Under the pieces are notes generated by a model. It did not search any database, had not been told where the DNA came from, and saw only the letters and a program-made list of their open reading frames with translations. From Niabella sp. (GTDB lineage: Bacteria; Bacteroidota; Bacteroidia; Chitinophagales; Chitinophagaceae), in assembly GCA_039593785.1 (NCBI GenBank), contig JBCNOR010000001.1, positions 1-32,064 of the forward strand: DNA of 32,064 bases, given 5' to 3'. Positions within the stretch are counted from its first letter, which is position 1; each line of letters opens with the position of its first letter. Shown here one piece after another: positions 27,098-32,064 of the stretch. The position numbers and the translations under genes are program-made.

Positions 27098-27113
27098 ATT
27101 CAAACGTTTGAAT
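27098..27113. promoter_or_regulatory. Putative LacI-family operator ATTCAAACGTTTGAAT
   Basis: Perfect 16-bp palindrome with an AAACGTTT core in the 159-bp spacer upstream of uxaC. Confidence 0.55.
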
Positions 27114-27120
27114 TAAAAAA

Positions 27121-28764
27121 CTACAAGCTTACCCCGCGTTTCCATGGAATGAAATCATCCTGATTCAGTAATACTGCTTTGGGAATCACTTCCCCGCTTG
27201 CAGCTTTGATACAATATTCCAGTATATCTTCACCCATTTCTTCAATCGTCTTCTCTCCCTCTACCACCGGTCCGCAATTAATATCTATTATATCGCTCAT
27301 TCTTTTGGTAAGCACGTTATTGGTAGATACTTTAATGGTAGGACAAACGGGATTACCAGTTGGTGTGCCCAGGCCGGTTGTAAAAAGTATCAAAGTGGCT
27401 CCCGATGCGGCTTTGCCTGTAGTTGCCTCCACATCATTACCAGGAGTACATACCAGGCTCAGGCCCGGTTTAGTGGCTGGTTCTGTATAGTCCAACACAT
27501 CTACTACCGGTGAAGTACCGCCTTTTTTAGCCGCACCTGTACTTTTGATAGCATCGGTAATCAAACCATCTTTGATATTACCAGGCGAAGGGTTCATATA
27601 GAAACCAGAGCCCACAGCTTCTGCCTGGCTATTATAAGTGGTCATTAAATGAATGAACTTTTTCGCTTTATCTTCATCAATCGTCCTGTCGATCAGTTGT
27701 TGCTCTGCACCACATAGTTCAGGGAATTCAGCCAGTAACACCTTGCCTCCCAAAGCTGCCAGCAGATCGCTGGTGTATCCTACAGCCGGATTGGCGCTGA
27801 TACCGCTGAAACCATCGCTACCACCGCATTTCACCCCTAACACCAGCTTTGATAAAGGTGCAGGCTGACGCTCCATTTTATTCGCTTCAATCAACCCTTT
27901 AAAAGTATCTTTAATAGCATCGCTGATCAACTGCTCTTCGCTCTGCGATTGCTGTTGCTCATATACCAACAAGGGCTTATCAAAATCCGGGTTACGTAAT
28001 TTGATTTCCTCCAGCAATTGTTTGGTTTGCAGGTTTTGGCAACCGAGGCTTAATATGGTAACACCGGCCACATTAGGATGATCGGCATAAGCTGCCAGCA
28101 ATTTTCCCAAAACGCCGGCATCCTGGCGTGTGCCTCCGCAGCCCCCCTGGTGGTTTAAAAACTTAATCCCATCAATATTCTTAAATACCCGGTCATTGGG
28201 AGTAGTTTGGGCAGCAGGCGCCAGATCCAGTGAGCCTATATCCTCTCCGTGCTTATAAGCCTCTACCAGGTGGTGGGCATATCTCTTATATTTATCAGTA
28301 ACGGCATAACCCAGCTCATTGTGAAGCGCTTCCCGGATCACATCCAGGTTACGGTTTTCGCAAAATACGGTTGGCATAAACAACCAGTAATTAGCGGTTC
28401 CTACTCTTCCGTCTTTGCGGTGATAACCGTTAAAAGTCCGGCCTTCAAACTTAGACACGTCGGGAGGTGTCCATTGATAATGATAAGGACGATATTCAAA
28501 AGGATCCGCAGCATGCCGGGTATTCTCCGTGTTCATTACCCCGCCTCTCGGGATAAAGTTTTGCGCCTTTCCCACCAATACCCCATACATGATGATCTCA
28601 TCTCCCGCCTGCATATCATTTGTAAAAAACTTATGCTTCGCGTTTACATCATCCTGCAATACAAAATCCTCTCCTTTGTATTGAATGGTTTGTCCCTTTT
28701 TCAGGTCTTTCAATGCAACGATCACATTATCGTTAGGGTGTACCTTTAAAACTAATTCAGCCAT
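27121..28764 (-). CDS. uxaA: Altronate dehydratase family (UxaA/GarD), long 547-aa paralog
   Basis: N-terminal SAF domain (HPNDNVIVAL), SLGCQ, KCGGSDGFSGISANP, NPSPGN, LFTTGLGTP. Confidence 0.85.
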   Translation of the reverse strand: MAELVLKVHPNDNVIVALKDLKKGQTIQYKGEDFVLQDDVNAKHKFFTNDMQAGDEIIMYGVLVGKAQNFIPRGGVMNTENTRHAADPFEYRPYHYQWTPPDVSKFEGRTFNGYHRKDGRVGTANYWLFMPTVFCENRNLDVIREALHNELGYAVTDKYKRYAHHLVEAYKHGEDIGSLDLAPAAQTTPNDRVFKNIDGIKFLNHQGGCGGTRQDAGVLGKLLAAYADHPNVAGVTILSLGCQNLQTKQLLEEIKLRNPDFDKPLLVYEQQQSQSEEQLISDAIKDTFKGLIEANKMERQPAPLSKLVLGVKCGGSDGFSGISANPAVGYTSDLLAALGGKVLLAEFPELCGAEQQLIDRTIDEDKAKKFIHLMTTYNSQAEAVGSGFYMNPSPGNIKDGLITDAIKSTGAAKKGGTSPVVDVLDYTEPATKPGLSLVCTPGNDVEATTGKAASGATLILFTTGLGTPTGNPVCPTIKVSTNNVLTKRMSDIIDINCGPVVEGEKTIEEMGEDILEYCIKAASGEVIPKAVLLNQDDFIPWKRGVSL

Positions 28765-28775
28765 GGCAATAATTT

Positions 28776-30263
28776 TTACAATGTTACACCCATTTTGAAT
28801 ATCGCGATTTCTTTAAATCCGGTAAGCTCATGTTTTAACTGTTTACCGCTGGCTACTTCTACAATAAAATCAGCAAATTCCTGTGTCACCTCGTCTTTGT
28901 CACGTCCTTCCAGCAATACGCCCGCGTTAAAGTCGATCCAGTTTTTCTTAAAATCGAACAACCGTGTGTTAGTCGAAATTTTCATGGTTGGAACAAAGCT
29001 TCCAAATGGCGTGCCCCTACCTGTAGTAAACAATACGATCTGGCAACCGGATAAAGCCAGGGCTGTAGAAGCTACCAGGTCATTACCCGGTGCATTCAAC
29101 AGGTTTAATCCTTTTACTTTTACAGGCTCAGCATAATCCAATACTGCAACTACCTCGGAGTTGCCACCCTTTTGGGTACAACCTAAAGATTTATCTTCTA
29201 ATGTACTGATACCACCTTTTTTATTACCCGGTGACGGGTTCTCGTAAATAGGCTGATCGTGCTTGCGGAAATAGGTTTTAAAATTGTTGATCAATGCAAC
29301 AGTATCGTCGAATACCTGCTCTGTAGTGCAGCGGTTCATTAAAATAGTTTCTGCACCAAACATCTCCGGCACTTCGGTAAGAATGGTAGTGCCTCCCTGT
29401 GCAATCAACCAATCTGAAAAACGACCCACCAGTGGGTTTGCTGTAATACCGCTGAAACCATCGCTGCCACCGCATTTCAAGCCCACTTTCAGGAGAGACA
29501 ATGGAAGATCTTCACGTTTGTCGGCCCGCATTTTCTCTACCAGCTCGCTCATCAATTCAAAGCCTGCTTCTACCTCATCCGCTACGTCCTGGGAGATCAC
29601 AAATTTCACACGATCTTCATCGAAAGTGCCCATCGCCAATTTAAACTCGTTCTGCTGGTTGTTTTCGCAACCCAGGCTCATCACCAATACGCCACCGGCA
29701 TTGGGGTGTTTTGCCAAAGCTACCAATGCGTTTTTTGTATTCTCATGATCGTCTCCCAATTGAGAGCAACCATAATTATGGGAGAATACGCGGATATCAT
29801 CGATATGACTTACATCTAACTCACTTTTAATGCGATTGATGATTGCCTGTGCCTGTCCATTCACGCAACCCACTGTAGGTACAATCCACAGTTCATTTCT
29901 AATACCTGCTTCACCATTATAACGCTTATATCCTTTGAACGTAAGATTACTTTGCGGTATATCCAGCTTAGCTCCTACCGGGTTATACTGGTATTCGAGA
30001 TTATCGTGTAAGTTGGTTTTTACATTATGCGTATGCACGTGCTCACCTACTGAAATATCTGCCAGCGCATGACCAATAGGATATCCATATTTGATGATGT
30101 CTTCATCTTCAGCAATGGGCCTGATCGCAAATTTGTGGCCTGTTTCAATTGCATTTTTTGCGATGATGGCATCGCCATTCACGGTAAGTAAGTCCCCTTC
30201 TGCGATAGCATCAATAGCTACGCAAACATTATCATTGGGGTGTATTTGCAGATATTTTTCCAT
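28776..30263 (-). CDS. uxaA: Altronate dehydratase, 495-aa paralog adjacent to uxaB
   Basis: SAF domain, GIRNELWIVPTVGCVN, HNYGCSQLGDD, LGCENN, KCGGSDG, FTTGRGTP. Confidence 0.92.
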   Translation of the reverse strand: MEKYLQIHPNDNVCVAIDAIAEGDLLTVNGDAIIAKNAIETGHKFAIRPIAEDEDIIKYGYPIGHALADISVGEHVHTHNVKTNLHDNLEYQYNPVGAKLDIPQSNLTFKGYKRYNGEAGIRNELWIVPTVGCVNGQAQAIINRIKSELDVSHIDDIRVFSHNYGCSQLGDDHENTKNALVALAKHPNAGGVLVMSLGCENNQQNEFKLAMGTFDEDRVKFVISQDVADEVEAGFELMSELVEKMRADKREDLPLSLLKVGLKCGGSDGFSGITANPLVGRFSDWLIAQGGTTILTEVPEMFGAETILMNRCTTEQVFDDTVALINNFKTYFRKHDQPIYENPSPGNKKGGISTLEDKSLGCTQKGGNSEVVAVLDYAEPVKVKGLNLLNAPGNDLVASTALALSGCQIVLFTTGRGTPFGSFVPTMKISTNTRLFDFKKNWIDFNAGVLLEGRDKDEVTQEFADFIVEVASGKQLKHELTGFKEIAIFKMGVTL

Positions 30264-30322
30264 TTCCGAATGTTTCCTTTTGTTTGATTGTTTTCCTGGA
30301 GATCAACCTTCATGTTGATTCA

Positions 30323-31762
30323 TTATTGCAGTACTTCAGTAACTGCAGCTTTCATTCCTTTATTTAATATTGCTTCAACTGCAACAGCTACCTCATCGGC
30401 AAAACCCGGCAGGTCTTTCAAAGGAGCCGTCCATATTTTATCATTGTTAATAATACCGTTCACCCATCCTTTAATATCTTCTTTATTGAAAGTGGATTGA
30501 ATAAACTGAACGAATTCCGGTGTATCATTGGGCGTAAAGCTCACTTCAGACTGGCCGCTATACAATACCAGCAATGCCGCCAGCGAAAAAGTGGTTAACT
30601 TAGCCTGCTTGCCCAGTTTATTGTAGTTGTCTGCCACTGTCGGGAAGTCACGGGTTTCCCATTTAGACAAGGAGTTTAAAGAGATGTCTTTCAGGTAGTG
30701 CTTCAGATAAGGGTTATAAAAGCGCTCCAGGATTTTTGCTGCAAAAGCTTTCAGCTCTTCCGGGTCCTCGCCAATGCCCGGCAATACCTCTTCAGCAACC
30801 ATACGGTTAATGAATTGTTCCACTTCCGGTGTATTGAATGCATCCATCACTGTTTCGCAGCCCAGCTGTAAAGCAACAGGTACCATTGCGGTATGTGCGC
30901 CATTCAATACCCTTACTTTCTTCGCCCTGAACGGACGGATATCATCCATGAACAATACATTCAAGCCGGCTTTATCCAATGGCAGTTTTTCTTTAATGCT
31001 GCTATCGCCACCAATGGCCCATACGTGGAAGTATTCTCCTTTTACAACCAGGTTATCGTCAAAGCCTATCTCTTCCTTGATCTCGTTGATGGTTTCTTTA
31101 GGGAAGCCCGGAACAATACGGTCCACCAATGTATCATAAAAATGATTGGCTGTTTTTACCCAGTTAATGAAATCATCACCCAGGTTATTGGCCTGCGCAT
31201 GTTTGATAACAAATTCCCGTAAAGTAGAACCATTATCTTCAATCAGCTCACAGCAAACAATTTGTAAGCCTTTTGCGGCGTCTCCATTAAATTTCCGGAA
31301 ACGCTTATGCAGCAAAGCCGTCATCTTAGCGGGGAAGGACTTAGGCGGTTCTGCATTCAGGTCATCACCTTCTTCATAGCGGATACCGGCTTCAGTAGTA
31401 TTTGAGAAGATGAGCTCTAATCCTTCATTTAAAAACAGCTCTTCATATTTTTTGTACTCTGTATAAGGATTGATGATATCCGTGATAGATTTAATTAATG
31501 CTACTTCTTTTACCGGTTGCTTGTCCTTGATGCCCTCCAGGTAAACGTGGTATAGATTATCCTGTTTGTGAAAAATCTGCTTTACCACTTCGCCCCCGCC
31601 AATAGGCTGTACCAGCGCAATTCCATGATTCATGATGCCATCATTATTGGCTTTATCAATCATCCAGTCTACAAATGCTCTAAGGAAATTCCCTTCGCCA
31701 AATTGCATGATCTTTACCGGGTATTCCGGCTTTTCCACAGTGGTTTTATTTAACGGTTTCAT
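30323..31762 (-). CDS. uxaB: Tagaturonate reductase (altronate oxidoreductase)
   Basis: QFGEGNFLRAFVDW, SNTTEAGI, CELIEDNG, TLVDRIVPG, KVRVLNGAHT, ERFYNPY. Confidence 0.95.
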   Translation of the reverse strand: MKPLNKTTVEKPEYPVKIMQFGEGNFLRAFVDWMIDKANNDGIMNHGIALVQPIGGGEVVKQIFHKQDNLYHVYLEGIKDKQPVKEVALIKSITDIINPYTEYKKYEELFLNEGLELIFSNTTEAGIRYEEGDDLNAEPPKSFPAKMTALLHKRFRKFNGDAAKGLQIVCCELIEDNGSTLREFVIKHAQANNLGDDFINWVKTANHFYDTLVDRIVPGFPKETINEIKEEIGFDDNLVVKGEYFHVWAIGGDSSIKEKLPLDKAGLNVLFMDDIRPFRAKKVRVLNGAHTAMVPVALQLGCETVMDAFNTPEVEQFINRMVAEEVLPGIGEDPEELKAFAAKILERFYNPYLKHYLKDISLNSLSKWETRDFPTVADNYNKLGKQAKLTTFSLAALLVLYSGQSEVSFTPNDTPEFVQFIQSTFNKEDIKGWVNGIINNDKIWTAPLKDLPGFADEVAVAVEAILNKGMKAAVTEVLQ

Positions 31763-31766
31763 ATAT

Positions 31767-31848
31767 TATTTAGTATTCAGATATTTAGATATTAGTATTC
31801 AGATAGTAGTATCCAGATGCCAGTGCTATACATTAAGCATAGTAGTAT
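31767..31848. repeat. Degenerate 7-8 bp tandem array upstream of uxaB
   Basis: TATTTAG TATTCAG ATATTTAG ATATTAG TATTCAG ATAGTAG TATCCAG ATGCCAG. Shares TATTTAGATATTAG (31782-31795) with 24654-24667. Confidence 0.75.
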
Positions 31849-32064
31849 CTACTTGCTATTTTCAAGTAACCATTTTACCCAGTCGGCAGCGGCCTTATCG
31901 TTTTCAAATTGTTCGGGTAATCTCCTGTGGCCTATATATTCGTTGTAAATCCAGGGATCTCCCAATGCAAACACGGTACCCGCGCCATATTTACGCACAG
32001 CCATTACATCAAACCCATCTGCCTTAAGTATGATTTCGGCGGGCGCTGTGGCTGTTACAGAACT
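31849..32064 (-). CDS. 3' end of a protein, probably the C-terminal DUF4350-like domain found with GH105/GH88 unsaturated rhamnogalacturonyl hydrolases
   Basis: Translated by hand: SSVTATAPAEIILKADGFDVMAVRKYGAGTVFALGDPWIYNEYIGHRRLPEQFENDKAAADWVKWLLENSK*. The family link is recalled from the GDPWxYNEY motif and the pectin context. Confidence 0.6.
   Translation of the reverse strand, partial: SSVTATAPAEIILKADGFDVMAVRKYGAGTVFALGDPWIYNEYIGHRRLPEQFENDKAAADWVKWLLENSK

Noticed and set aside
28249-29748. Long plus-strand ORFs opposite uxaA, and the other short overlapping track ORFs including 31632-32027
   Set aside because: They are antisense or alternate-frame shadows of well-supported genes and carry no recognisable motifs.

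Overview
The window looks like chromosomal DNA from a Bacteroidota bacterium, probably Chitinophagaceae-like (inference from TAnnTTTG promoter motifs, a short primary sigma factor and the gene content). The left two thirds hold housekeeping and envelope genes: partial dacB, a lipoprotein/TPR pair, cinA, a 2-oxoacid dehydrogenase E2, an EamA transporter, arginine deiminase plus CtlX, an RmlD-like reductase, the primary sigma factor, Lgt, bacilliredoxin, aqpZ and Hsp20. The right third (19800-32064, minus strand) is a hexuronate/pectin catabolic cluster: exuT, eda, a YhcH-family gene, kdgK, kduI, kduD, uxaC, two uxaA paralogs, uxaB and the end of a probable GH105/88-linked protein. The most unusual element is a lone ATPase/wHTH/PD-(D/E)XK gene (6679-8094) bracketed exactly by two related ~57-bp palindromic sites. 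Each site has CGCCAAAA-N17-TTTTGGCG and an inward-facing -7 promoter motif. Also notable are a hsp20 3' UTR that reads as antisense to a typical translation start (candidate sRNA), heptamer-repeat arrays filling five spacers of the uronate cluster, and a LacI-type palindrome upstream of uxaC. All calls come from reading the sequence and recalled motifs; no searches were run.
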